The translations under genes and the position numbers were made by a program. A DNA stretch of 64,000 nucleotides from Dipteris shenzhenensis (taxonomy: Eukaryota). Positions within the stretch are counted from its first letter, which is position 1. The number at the start of each line of letters is the position of its first letter. The stretch lies in assembly GCA_047967505.1 (NCBI GenBank), contig CM106538.1, one strand, 5' to 3'. A model generated the notes under the pieces. It had not been told where the DNA came from and did not search any database. It worked only from the letters and a program-made list of their open reading frames with translations. Shown here piece by piece: positions 27,661-39,949 of this stretch.

Positions 27661-27899
27661 CTTGGGGGGGTCACCTCAAAGACCATTGGCACTCAAAAGG
27701 AGGGTATTTTAAAATTCCACTATTGGGAAAAATTTAACAGGATTACAAGAACACGAGGGGATTTTAATTCAACTTTAGAAGAACAATATGTTAGTTCATA
27801 AGTAAAGAGGGGTTGTTTTAGTGGGGAGAAAATTCAAGTTGATAAACACCCCTTCAATGCACGTGATACGTAGGGTTTCTTAGTAGTGCACCTCTTTAT
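27661..27899 (+). mobile_element. MITE, CT(C/T/A)GGGGG-end family, 8-bp TSD
   Basis: Reverse-complement homolog of 41990-42246; flanks AGATAAAT / ATATAAAT. Confidence 0.7.
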
Positions 27900-28339
27900 A
27901 TATAAATAGCTTGTAGGTGAGAGAGATGCACATCATAATAGAAAGCATGGATAGGCTATAGAATTTCAAGATAAAGATATATTACATGATGCAAAGACAA
28001 AGATTGAACAAAATGCTCTAAACCATGGGTTGGGTAGTATGGCAGAGTAGGAGTCACCAAGCACATTTCTTTGGATAGATTCCATAATCAACAATGTCAT
28101 GGTATAGTTTAATGAGATAAAGAACCATCACTTGCCATAGATCTTAGTGAAACAAAGATGCTAGCATGGGATAGAATCATGACTGAGTAGAAAAAACTAG
28201 TCATTTGATTAGATAAGAGGTACATGAAACTAGTCATTTGATTAGAGAAGAGGTACAACAGAGCTTGATCTCTTAGAATCCAATTCACATTTGCTTTTTT
28301 ATGTGCCATGTCGTCTAATTAATCTCTTATACATAAATA

Positions 28340-28822
28340 AAGAACTTTTCCTTATAATATATATATAGGAATAATGTAACACACTCTTCTAATTTCCTAG
28401 GTGACCACCCCTTTTCCTAGATAGAGGTATATATCTTAACTATTTCCTATATAGGAATGCAACATACACGTCTTATTTCCTAGGTGAAAACATATTTTTC
28501 CTAGATAGAGGTATCGATTTCCTATATAGAAATGTAGCACACTCATCTAATTTCCTAGATGACAACCTCTTTTCCTAGATAGAGGCGTGCATTTTATCTT
28601 TTTCCTAGATAGGGGTATCGATTTCCTATATAGAAATGTAGCACACTCATCCAATTTCCTAGATGACAACCTCTTTTCCTAGATAGGGGTATGCACTTTA
28701 TCTAGGGAAGGAGTTTTCCTAGATATACATACCAAAATGCCTAGTTATATCTAGGAAATTTCATCCTTTTCCCTAGTTTGTGAGGTTTTCCCTATATAGT
28801 GAATAGCTAGAAGTTCCTTGTG
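28340..28822. repeat. Right subterminal repeat region of the CACTA element
   Basis: Many ttttcctagatagagg / tttcctatatag units ending in the TIR. Confidence 0.88.
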
Positions 28823-30579
28823 ATATACTTGTAGGCTCTCCTTTCAAGTTTGCACCACCACGAGAGAAGACAAAGAAAACAACGTTAGCTTTACTATTTT
28901 CAAGAGCGGAGCGGATCTATAGAATTGCGCCCACTGCTTGCAACAACAAATTGGTTTTGTGACAAAGAGGAATGAAGATAGGAGTAGCAAGGCTAGAAGA
29001 GTACTGAATCTTATAGGTAGCAGATGGAAAAGGAAAATCAGGCAGTTATTATGTAGAGGAAGTAAATGGCGAGTGGATGTTTGACGGTGATGTGTAGCAG
29101 TTTGATGTTTGCGAGCATGATCATCTTTGTTTTATGAAGTACATAGAAAGTTGGTAGTGTATATAACCATGTGATCATGTAAAAGCATGATCATTTGGGT
29201 ACAAATTTCATAATACTTATAACTACATGTTCGTGTAACTACATGTTCATGTGGGGGGAAGTTGGCACACTTTCTCTCCAAAAATATAAGACCAAGGAAT
29301 GTGCCGTTCCTTGGGATCTTGTAAATTGCATAATATATTATATAATGTGGAATTTGTCGTTGCATATGATCATGTATCCTGTATTTTGTAAGTCACATAA
29401 TGTATTCTGCGTATTGGATAATGTATCTTTTTTCAAAGATTATTGTTTTTTTAATTTTAATAAAGAATATCACAAGAAATAGTAACGGTACTTGTTTAAT
29501 GAACGTCGTTGTATGGAACAATGATTCCCAGTTACTTGCAATACATGCAATGTAAATACATACAACTGTTATGGAATTCAAAATTGCTAAGAAATATATG
29601 AAGATTATTACTTGAAAGAAATAGAAGTGTCCCTCTAGATGTCTATTACATAGAATTGTGTTTGTTTTGAAGAGTCATGTCTCATGGGAAATTTTCAATC
29701 AAAGGGCGCACACCCTTTTACATCCATCAAATTGACATCCTAGGATAGCTGCTAATGTTCACATGCAAAGAAGGGAGGAGGAGGCCAAACACTCCAAAGT
29801 CTCTGGACTATCACTCTTGAACTGAAAGCAAGTTTACACCTAGTGCATCGGATTATATCACATTATCCAATGAAATTTCAAATAATGAACCGCATTCCAT
29901 CATTTTACATATGTTCATAGCTCCACCCTACTTTTTTTATTGAAGCAATATTTGTTGCATATAGAATCAAGCTCTTTGTTGGCTGCATGTGAGGAGCGAG
30001 ATGCTATTGGTAACTTTCAAGTGGTGGTGTTAATACTCTAAAGTCTCAGGAAAGCTCAAAACTTAATAGTACAAGGAGGAGGTTGGGAGTGATCCGTGTG
30101 AGGAGGTGACCATGACTTGAATTAGAGTGGAGGCACTTGAATTAGAGTGGAGGTGGCCACTCGTTGAAGTAGGGTGACATGCTTGAATTAGGATGAAACC
30201 ACGGCTTGGATTTTGAATTGATCTCGCTATGCTTCCTGCCTAATGATAATATTGAAGACATGTGATCCCTTGGAGGTCCTCCTAATCTTTTTGATTCTAT
30301 AAGATGTGGGGTTTTATTCCATCATCGCTATGGCTTTTGTGTAGATCATGCATACCTATCATCGAGTCATGAAAGAAAATTTCTTGAAATTGGCTACTCT
30401 GATGGAGAAGGGCGAAGGTCACAGGTAAATCTACCCTACTTTACATAGAGTGATGAAAGATGGCAAAACGGGTCATCTTGAGTGGCTAACTATATTAGCT
30501 ACACTTGATGTACGGTTCTCAAAAAAATTTCAAATTTCTTGAAACACAATAGCATAGCGGATCGTGCACTACGAGGGTA

Positions 30580-31740
30580 GTAAAGTAATATAGTGGCCAT
30601 CGTGATGTGGGAAGACTATCCCACATGACTTCGTATTGCAAAATATGGGAGAAGGCAAGAAACACCCTCGGGGGGGTCACTAATCATATGTAACCCTATC
30701 ACGTGAGTTCAACAAAAGGATATTTTTTATTCCTAAAATTTACAGAAATAAATATACATAAGGGACAATTTTAAATAGTTTTGGGAAAAATTTACAGATT
30801 TGTATAGAAAAGGGGTACATTTTATTAATGAAAAAATTTACAGATAAGGGATTTTAAATATAGGCCTTGAACACACATGATATAGAGGGTTTATACATAG
30901 TGAAACCCCCGAGGAAACATCCTCATGGAATGTTCTCTCTGTAGAGCTATGCATGACAACTTGTAGAGTTGCTAATAAATTTGTTGCAAATGAGGGTTGG
31001 CTTTTTACCACCTTACATGTTGTACTAGCAGTATCCACATCGCATGGTTTTAAGTTGTTATGCACAACAATGGTGTACATGGAAGTTGGATACTTTAGAA
31101 AAGATCCCTATGAAGAGGTATGTGTATAGTCAAAATTTGAGTTTGATAATTATTATGCAAATGAAACATGTGTGCAGTATAACTTTATTTTTAGTAATTT
31201 TAATGAAAATGAGGTTCATCATGGATGTATCTTACATAGTTTAGTCCCTTTTTAATTTTGCAAGTGAATTGGTTGCTATTGTGTGCATTCAATCGAAAAG
31301 TATTCCAACCCATGGTGTACAATAAAAGTGAAGCAGACGAGGCGATGACTTGTGTCCACCAAACAAAAACTGGTTTAGAGAGTACCTATATGGGAAGGTA
31401 GTGCACTCAAAACTAGAGAGGAAAATTATTCGTGTGGTGTAGAGCATCAAGTGGCCTTAAGAAGGTTGGTTGGTAAAGATTAGTGTAGACATGCCTTGGA
31501 AATGTATGTATATTGCACTTCGTCTATGTATATTACACCTTACAAGTGTCAATTGTTTTGCAGATTCTTACTCCATACATATACGAGAGCAGGGGACATG
31601 ATAATAGATTCTTTTGTTGGGACCAAAAAACATGGCTAAGGGATACAAGGAGAGGGATATGCATTGCAAGGAGAGGGCTATGCATTGCATCTCAATGGAA
31701 ATGGATGACACTCTACTTGACATGTTTCTTAGGCCGTGTG
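30580..31740 (+). pseudogene. Beta-class amino-(N4C/N6A) DNA methyltransferase-like gene relic
   Basis: AIVMWEDYPT*L...(MITE removed)...SWNVLSVELCMTTCRVANKFVANEGWLF (motif IV-VI-like), then FLLHTYTRAGDMIIDSFVGT (motif X-I, 31565-31624) and, after a frameshift, NMAK...ERAMHCISMEMD (motif II). Confidence 0.62.
30667..30913 (+). mobile_element. MITE, CTCGGGGG-end family, 8-bp TSD
   Basis: TIR CTCGGGGGGGTCACTA / TAGTGAAACCCCCGAG; flanks GAAACACC / GAAACATC. Removing it restores a reading frame. Confidence 0.85.
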
Positions 31741-32759
31741 CTCAAGGCAGAGATGCAGAAAGAGAGGAGGATTGAATATATATGGTGGTTTTTCTGGTTT
31801 ATAAATAGTAAAAATAGAGGCAATAGATGGCTGAATGTATGGACATAAAGTCTCTTTCTTTTGCTTGGATGAGTTTTGAGATATAGTTCTATTTTATGGA
31901 AAAAGTTTGGAGCATTTTTATCTCCTCATATTCATAGATAGGACCATGATATCTTGGGAGGAACATTGTGTGATGTGTTATGGCTTGCTAGTTTATGAGC
32001 AATATCTATAGGCATTAGATAGTTGAATGTATGGGCATAAAGTGTCTTTCTATTGGATGGTTTTTTGTAAATGACACTTCTATTTTATGGAAGTTGCATA
32101 AGGTTGTAGAAGTGTCTTGAATTTGCATGAAATGCCAATCTAAAAAGTGGCAAATTTATGCTACTAGTGCAGTTCAAAATGTTGGTATAGGTCTAAATAA
32201 AACATTTGAATCTTTTGATACTTAAAAACTTATATTAGAATCCCCTTCAGTTTTCACACATAATCGACCAATTGTGGATGTTAATCTAAAAGTGGCAAAT
32301 ATACGAATTTTGGTACAAGGCTAAATAAAGCTTTTGAATTTTATGATACTCAAAAATATATTTGCCATTACTACTACCAAGCATGCTCTTCTGACTTGAC
32401 ACATAATCCAATTGATGGAGAGCATACAATTGCTCAACTTAGTCTATATGTGTGAAGTAGATGAATTACTATTGTCATGAGATAAATGGATATTGTAAAT
32501 AACTTTTGTGTGTGGTAATAGCTAGTAGTTGTAACTAGATGTAATGTTTTATGATGGAAAAACATTTGAACGCTTTCAATTTGTATTATAAATTGCTTCT
32601 GTGTGTAGTAATATTTTATAACAACCCCAGAATTGTACATAGATGTATATAACATTAACCAAATTGCCATAGAAAAAAACCTCAGCCGAATGGTGAAAAG
32701 CTTGCCTCAAAAAGCTCGCCAAATAGGCAGTCCCACCGATGCCCATACAAACAAAACAA

Positions 32760-33100
32760 GGGTTCTAGGGTTTAGGTTTTAGGGTTTTTGGGGGGGCTTG
32801 GGAGATTTTGGAGGGTTTGTGGGTGTTTGAAGGGATTTAGGGTGGATTTAGGCCCCAAGGTGTTCAGGGTTTAGGTAGGGTTTAGGAAATTTGGACGGGT
32901 TTAAGGGGTTTAGGGGTGGGGTAAGGGGGTTTGAGGGAATTTAGCGGGAGCTTAAGGGGGGTTGGGGACTGTCAAGTGATTTATGAGGGATTGAAGGGGG
33001 GTTTAGGGGGTTTTTGGGATTTAAGGGAAGTTTGGGGTTTAAGGGGGGTTTAGGGTTTAGGGAATTTGGACGGGGTTTAGGGTTTATGGGAGATTCGGGT
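32760..33100 (+). repeat. Degenerate TTTAGGG-like G-rich tract
   Basis: gggtttagg, tttagggtttaggg and variants over about 340 bp. Confidence 0.75.
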
Positions 33101-33439
33101 GTTTGACTTGATTGGGGGGTGATGGTTTGGGATGTGTTCAAGTGGAGAGGATGAGTAGTGAAATCTCATCGGATGGGGGCTTGGAGTGGCTTCGTGATAG
33201 ATTGCCTTGTCCTTCCACACATTGCAGGCAAGAGGTTCATCGTTAGCTTTGTATTGTCATGCACCATTTGTAGATGTATATAGAGGTGCCACCAAAAGAG
33301 AATATTGGTCTTCATGTTAGCATATATTGTGTGCATGTTGCACACAACATTGTGTCATTATACAGGATGAAAAGAGCAACAAGGGAGCATGTGCAGTAGC
33401 ACGACCACAATTGGAGCAAGATATACATCATTTGGAACA

Positions 33440-33800
33440 GCCACTTTGGCTTGCCATACCAAGATTCCAGCTCATCAAAAGCAACATCCTGACTCACCAT
33501 AGTCTTCTTGGTCGATGGGTTGTAGCATTTGTAACCCTTCCGGTTCTGTGCATAGCCAATAAACACACATCTTTCATCTTTGGGATCCAACTTCCGTCTC
33601 TTTTCATCTAGTATATGCTTATATGCCAAGCTACCAAACACTTTTAAATGACTAACATCAAGCTTCTATCGATCGATACAATTTCTCATATGGTGTGAGC
33701 ATATGAATGCCAACAATAGGAGTGTGATTCAGCACATACACTGCAGTTGCAAGTGCTTCTCCCCAATAATAATCAGGTATGTTCTTTTCATTCAACATTG
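33440..33800 (-). pseudogene. Ty1/copia integrase fragment
   Basis: SMLNEKNIPDYYWGEALATAVYVLN; FGSLAYKHILDEKRRKLDPKDERCVFIGY...GYKCYNP. Related to 53860-54220. Confidence 0.9.
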
Positions 33801-34879
33801 ATCTTGAGGATGATCCTCTAGAAAAGGATGAGGGTATGGCAAACATGATGGATTCTAGTTTTGGAGGCATGACACTACAAGACACGGGCCTCTTTTCGAT
33901 GATGCCTTCCGATGCTTCGCTGAGCCCGAGCACAAAGATCATCGGTATGGTTGGCGGGCGGGAAAGGTGTCGATGTTGATGTCAAAATAGCTGTGGATAT
34001 GATCATCTCAGTATATGTGTCAGTATAGGTCTCGGTATATACTAACCCCTATAGTGACATTTATACTGACTACCATATCGACTAACACCAACCCTTGCAC
34101 TGATGCTTTCACCGATGCATGAGTACATTTTTCCATATTGACGTTTTTACAGAACGTCATTTCGAAGGGTCTCAAAATAATTTTGGACCACAAGTTTGGT
34201 CATTTTAAAGATAAAAAATATAAGAGTATGAACACCAAATTTGAGATCGTATATTGATAGTGAGCTTAATTAACATACAAATTATTGTACAAAATGTCAC
34301 TATAAAAATGTGAGGGCCAAATTATACATAAGAAGTCTCGGTGATGTGAGAACTATGTGTTAGTGGCATTTACATCGAAGGCTTCATCTTGAACCAAGTC
34401 TTGCATGCCAAATATGCCTATCTGAAGTTTGACATACAATTTATCACGTACATCATCATCCCTTATTGTATGTCTACCTAAGACTTGATCCTCTAGTTCA
34501 TTGGCCTCTAGTTCTCCCTCTTCTTCCCCAAAGTCATTATCTCCACCTTCCTCCATTACAGTGTCATTATTGTCACCTTCTTTGTGCCCCATATCGTCAT
34601 CTTCATTCGCTTCCCTAGATCCATCGGCATCATTATTTGGATTTTTTGCCGGCATCTCCTTATTCACATCCCTATCTTCAAAAACATGTTTTCTTCGAGA
34701 AGCAACTTGGACCACGTATCACCAGCTTGGATCCAAAAAATCTGGATGAAATACCACCTACGTTGAAGATCCAAATTAGGTTCTAGTAATTATATTCATT
34801 TATGCTCAAGTATAGAAATATATGTATATGAATATCTACCAACATTTGTTTGAAAACGAAGATATTAGCTTTTAATTAA

Positions 34880-36899
34880 TTCGTTAGTGTGTACCTGTTC
34901 ACAATGCTTTGGAAGAACAAAGGTATCACTCTCATTGGTTTAGGCTCTAGTGGAGTCAATGCCAAAGAAACCACATTTGTCTCTCCTAACTATAGCATTG
35001 GGACCATTGTACATAGTTCTAAGCCATTTACATCAAGAATGAAAATACTAAAATTTTTAAAATCAACTTTGTAGATGTCACCTATGGTCCCACAATAATC
35101 TAGCTCTGTGAGGAGATAATATTGGTATCAGAAGCACTTGCTCGGCTATCTTGTACAAAGTTATCACAATTAATCACATGTTATTCTCCTTGAATCGATG
35201 TGTTCCACATGAAAATGCCATCCATGTGACCACAGTGCACTGTACTTTTTGTACTCCAAAAGAACATGACTAAAACAATGAGGATGCATTTTGTAATGAT
35301 TGTGATCATAAATAACTAAATTAAGTAGAAAGGTTAAAAACTTACATATGGCATACATCCAACTGCAAGCTCTTGATCGGTTATGTCCTCTCCATCATGT
35401 TCAGCTTCATGAAGTGCTTCTTGTATCTAATCATGGGACATGTGTTTGGGGAGAAGAGCAAGGTCCGATGGATATGGCACCTCCGCTTATGCATGACTCT
35501 AAATCTCACCCTCCCATTTATTCTTTTCACTTTGGTCTCTTCATATCTCTCCACCCATCATTGCATCTCAGGACTATTGAGGACACAAAACTTATTGAAT
35601 TTCTCTCTTTGCTCTTCGCTCATCTTTCTTTCAACCCCTTTACCTTGGGGAACCTCTGCAATGACACAATCATCATCCTTGATGTTCCAAGCATGAGGGA
35701 CATCAGGATCCATGGATGCAAGAAACTTTGTGATGCATACTTTGACTCTTGCACAAGCCATCCCTCCGCCATGCTTGATTTGGGTCTAGCTCTTTGCCTT
35801 ACAAATCCCTTTAAGGTTTTCATAAATCGTTCAACGAAATACATCCAACGACTATGAACGGTTCCTACAATGGCGACCTCATCAACTACATGTACTAGCA
35901 TGTGCACCTGAGTTGTCATAATGCTTGAGGGAAAGTGCTTCTCAAGGAGGCACATAGCTTCAATGGAGTCCACCTTAGCCCTCTTGATGCTCGATACATA
36001 AATCTCTTTTTGTGAGATCCACCTATTCCAATGCACTCGTAAGATTCAATATTTTATATCCTTCATTTAAAATTACATGATATATAACGAAGGTGATATG
36101 ATAGTAAGCATACCTGACAATGCTACTGATCATGTAGATAGCAGTCCTAACATCTTTTGATAAGCATCCTCTCACTATAATTGGGAGGATAAACTACCCA
36201 AGCAACAAAGGAGGGCCAACAATGTGTCACAATCATATAAGCTAATTACATGAAAGCATCAAAATCTTAGTTTTATATACTCTTCTTTCAAGCTAACATG
36301 TAGAATACCTGTAAGACCTTGTGCCAATCATGGGAATTGAGGCCACTAAGCTTATTGTCCCTTTTAAATGCTCCCCTCATGCAACGCACGTGTCTCATCT
36401 ATGTCTAAAAGGATGCAATATTTGCCTTGACCCTTGCCTCCTCTACTTTGGAAAGGATCCATGGTGCCTTTGGGAAAACAATTCGTGGAGGAAGCACGGG
36501 TTCTTGAACCACCCTCCTGAGTTGTATAACCATGCTCTTGAGTTCTACCCACATGCTCTTGGGGCCACAAGTGAGGCATCCTACCCAACTCGTGCAATTC
36601 TTCTCACACTCCCCTTGTGTCTTTGTCACCAACCAAGTGTGCCCAAATAGAAGCCCGCATATTCTTGAAGATATGCAAGGCATGGAAGAGGTATTGATTT
36701 GTAGCTCGCCCCAATATGGAAGCTCATTAAAGATTGACTTGCCAGAGTCCATAGTTGGAGGAGGCTCCTCACTATTATCTCTCCAATACCGAATCCGGTC
36801 ACTTGCCTTCCTACGGACCAATGGTGGATCAAGTTGACCTTCACATGTAGGATGATCAAGTGGAAGATATTGAGCATAAATTTCATAAACCATCTTCCT
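34880..36899 (-). pseudogene. Canonical plant CACTA Tnp2 transposase relic, 5'-truncated
   Basis: RKMVY...YLPLDHP, KSIFNELPYWGEL, MTTQVHMLVHVVDEV..VGTVHSRWMYFVERFMKTLKGFVRQRARP, YCGTIGDIYKVDF. Confidence 0.9.
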
Positions 36900-37229
36900 C
36901 ACGAGTTTTCCTTATCAACTTGATGAGTCTACAAAAAGATGGGTCCCAATTGATTATTTGAAGTACTTTTTCAATCAAGAACCTAGGTTCGTGAAGAGTT
37001 TAGATCGCTTTCGAGCCTAGCTCACACCCCTAGGGTCTAGGGAGGTGGACACTGATGACTTCCTACCATGTGGAATCATCAAAAACATAGGAAATAGGTT
37101 CCTATCCTAGGAAATGACCTTTATTTTCCTTCTCTAGGAGAGAAAAATGGAAGAGGAGGCCTCAACCTCAAGCCTTGGCTGTGCCCCTACCCTTTCCGAT
37201 CCTCTTATTTCTGTAGATGACATTTGGGG

Positions 37230-39875
37230 CTATCTTAGGACCCAATGCCTCCCCTGTCTAACTCTACGTTGCAACCAAAGCGCAATCCCTTGGCTCCCTG
37301 TTAAGCACTTCCAAACAGCACATCTCCTTGTCTTCTTGACATGTTGAATCGCTTTTCCGAGACTTGAGACCTCTACCTTATCGCGCTTGAGAGTCCTGGC
37401 CTCTAGACATCTATAAAACCAATCGAACATTTCGTGTAGTGCATTGCTTTGTGCAATACCACCCCCATGCCTTATATTCTTGAAGCATGCTGCCTTTGCT
37501 CTGTAGTGTGATTTCTCCATTTGTTGAGTATTCCAAATGGACAGAGGGCCCCATTGGTCCATAAACAATGGTGCATGTGCATAAAGAATATGCTGTAAAG
37601 AAAAACATTGTATTCAACACATAAATTGACTCAAGTTTAAAGCACAGAATTTCAACCTAAGGAGGATTACCATGTAATGTGTAATATGTGAATCCCCCCA
37701 TGCTTCTACCATCAATGATATGACTTCTCCCAATGCTGTCCTGAATCTCTCATAATAAAGCTCATCTGTTTGACCTTGTCTAAGAAACTTTATAAATGCA
37801 TCAAGCTTTGTCCACAGTTTTGCTCTCAAAGTAGCAATTCGTGGATGTGAAGCTTGATTTGTGGTGCACTCACACAAATCTTTCCAGTACTCCCAACCTA
37901 GGGTACTTTGAGCCATTGTATGTTTTTCTTTATCAGCATTGTGGTTGGACAAGAACCTCCTTGCCTTTCCTCCACCCATGGACACTTTAGCAGGAAGATT
38001 TTGTGTCTTTCTCGATTGTTTCTTTTGTTGTGGCCTCAAATTCCAAGGATAATTTAGATGGAGATAGAGTAACTTATCAAGTATACACAATTCAGCATGC
38101 AAAGTACACACGTGTACCCGCTCTAATGGAATTGGTAGAATGGGGTCCCACTTAGGATCCTTTTTGTGACAATCAGGGGCTGCACTTTGGTTGCAAGAAA
38201 GGATGCCATCTTCCCACTATAGGCTTCCCTTTTGCATCTTCTGAGAGTGGGTGAAATACAAGCATGTCCATTTTGCATCTGCACCTATATCACAACAATA
38301 CAAGCACTTGAGGGTCTTCAAATCACTAGCTAGATGCCATTCAACTTGAAACATTCCATGCCCATCCACAATTAATGTTTGCCCTACCTCTTGTCTTCAA
38401 ATAATCCACGAGATGCCAGTTCTCTCCAAAACCCACTTTAATGTCTCCTGGCACTCCTTTGGGGTCTCAAAGGTTGTAAGCCACCATATGTCCTTCTCAG
38501 ATTGGACTGAGAAACCCTGCTCAACTTCCTCATCCCCTTGAGCAAAACATAAGGCGTCATTCATGATACAAATGCTTACCCTCTCTAGCTTGTGCTCTTT
38601 TACCAACTGAGCTTCATCCATTTTTATAACAAATACTAGCTTGCCATCTGTACAATGAAAGAGAAATTCAGTAAGGACATAGAAATCAAAAGAAATAAAG
38701 TTGAATCTGAAGAGGGAATTTCTCTTACCTTCTTCTCTCATCCCATAGAATTAGACCATGGCTATCTACAAATTCTCTACATCCACGTAAACATTATTGA
38801 AAGCATTCATCTCAAACGTTTGGATGCCAGATTTCTTTTTACTCTTCCAAGTCATTGTGCCACTTACACAATGGTATCCTCCAAGATTTTTAAAAACAGA
38901 GTTGTAAGCTTCACGAATTACACCAACAGTATTACAAGCTCTAAGCACCTCCTTTGCTTCTAGCAACTTGTTTACGTAGCCCTTTTTGTCTAGGTTCCTT
39001 CAACACTTCCATGACATCACTTGGCTTTATTAAACTTTTTAGAACATATGAAGAATCACTATCATCCATTTCCATTGTTCCCATCACATCCTCCATGAAA
39101 TTCCTAAAGTAGAGTACAAATGAGTCTTAGTGGAAAGAATGCAACACCACAAATATTTTGGGGTAAGAAATTTCATTGAAAATTTGGGGAACTAACCTTG
39201 CAGCCTGTATTCTCGTCTTTCGGGCACCACTAATGGTTGACAATGCATCCATAGATTGCAATTGTCTTTTCCTCTCCTTTAGTCCCAAAGGTGTTCCCTT
39301 CAACTTTTGTACTTGTTCTATCGACTTCTCTTGTTCCTTCTCCATAGCACGTTGTACTTGGCCATAGATAGACCTTTCCAAATCTTGTTTTCAGCAAGCT
39401 TCTGGATTGATTCTTCCAATTTATGTCGCTCCAAGTCTAGCGCATGTGCTTTGTCACTGAGTTCTTTGTTTTGAAATTGGAGATCTTGCATACTATTATG
39501 CATTGCCACAATAGTTATATTACCCAAATGTGCAAGTTCTTTTGCTTGGGCTCTCTGCACCTCGCTTGCTTGCATAGCCAATATCTGAGAATGGTTCAAT
39601 TGATTGCAATAACCGAGCAATCCAGCATGTCCCTTACCAACAAACCGAACAACATCATGCACTGTCTGAAAAGGAGGACTCTTTTGGGTAGCAGGGTCTA
39701 AAGGATACAAGATTCCATCCACCCAAACATCAAGATGCTTCTTGCCTTGCAATCGAAGACTATAGAGCACACTTTGAGGAGTTCTACTATATCCCAAAGA
39801 GCGTGTGCTAGCATATTCTAACTCTAGTTGTAGGTTCACATGGTACTTGTTGGATATATCCTCAAATGGTGCCAT
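37230..39875 (-). pseudogene. Transib/Chapaev/RAG1-core-like DDE transposase relic (spliced)
   Basis: VFVIKMDE (D at 38618), WHLASDLKTLKCLY..AKWTCLYF (D at 38324), PILPIPLERVHVCTLHAELCILDKLL, KVSMGGGKARRFL, and across a GT-AG intron HITHYM/HILYAHAPLFMDQWGPLSIWNTQQMEKSH (E at 37517). Confidence 0.7.
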
Positions 39876-39949
39876 GAGTACTCAAAGAGAGGTATCAGTG
39901 ATGCTGGTTAAAATGTAGGGGAGAGCTGGAAAAGATGGAGCCGTGAGAG

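Larger units (their letters stand above)
10962..28822 (-). mobile_element. 17.9-kb CACTA/EnSpm-type DNA transposon with CACAA termini, containing nested insertions
   Basis: Left end CACAAGGAGCTT, right end AAGTTCCTTGTG; 3-bp TSD ATA (10959-10961 and 28823-28825). Both ends have TTTTCCTAGATAG-type subterminal repeats. Internal Tnp2-like transposase. Confidence 0.85.

Noticed and set aside
31513-31848. FFCWDQ in the listed ORF as a second FCP1-like motif
   Set aside because: Isolated short match with no other FCP1 motifs; the overlapping frame gives a longer, ordered MTase motif X-I-II match.
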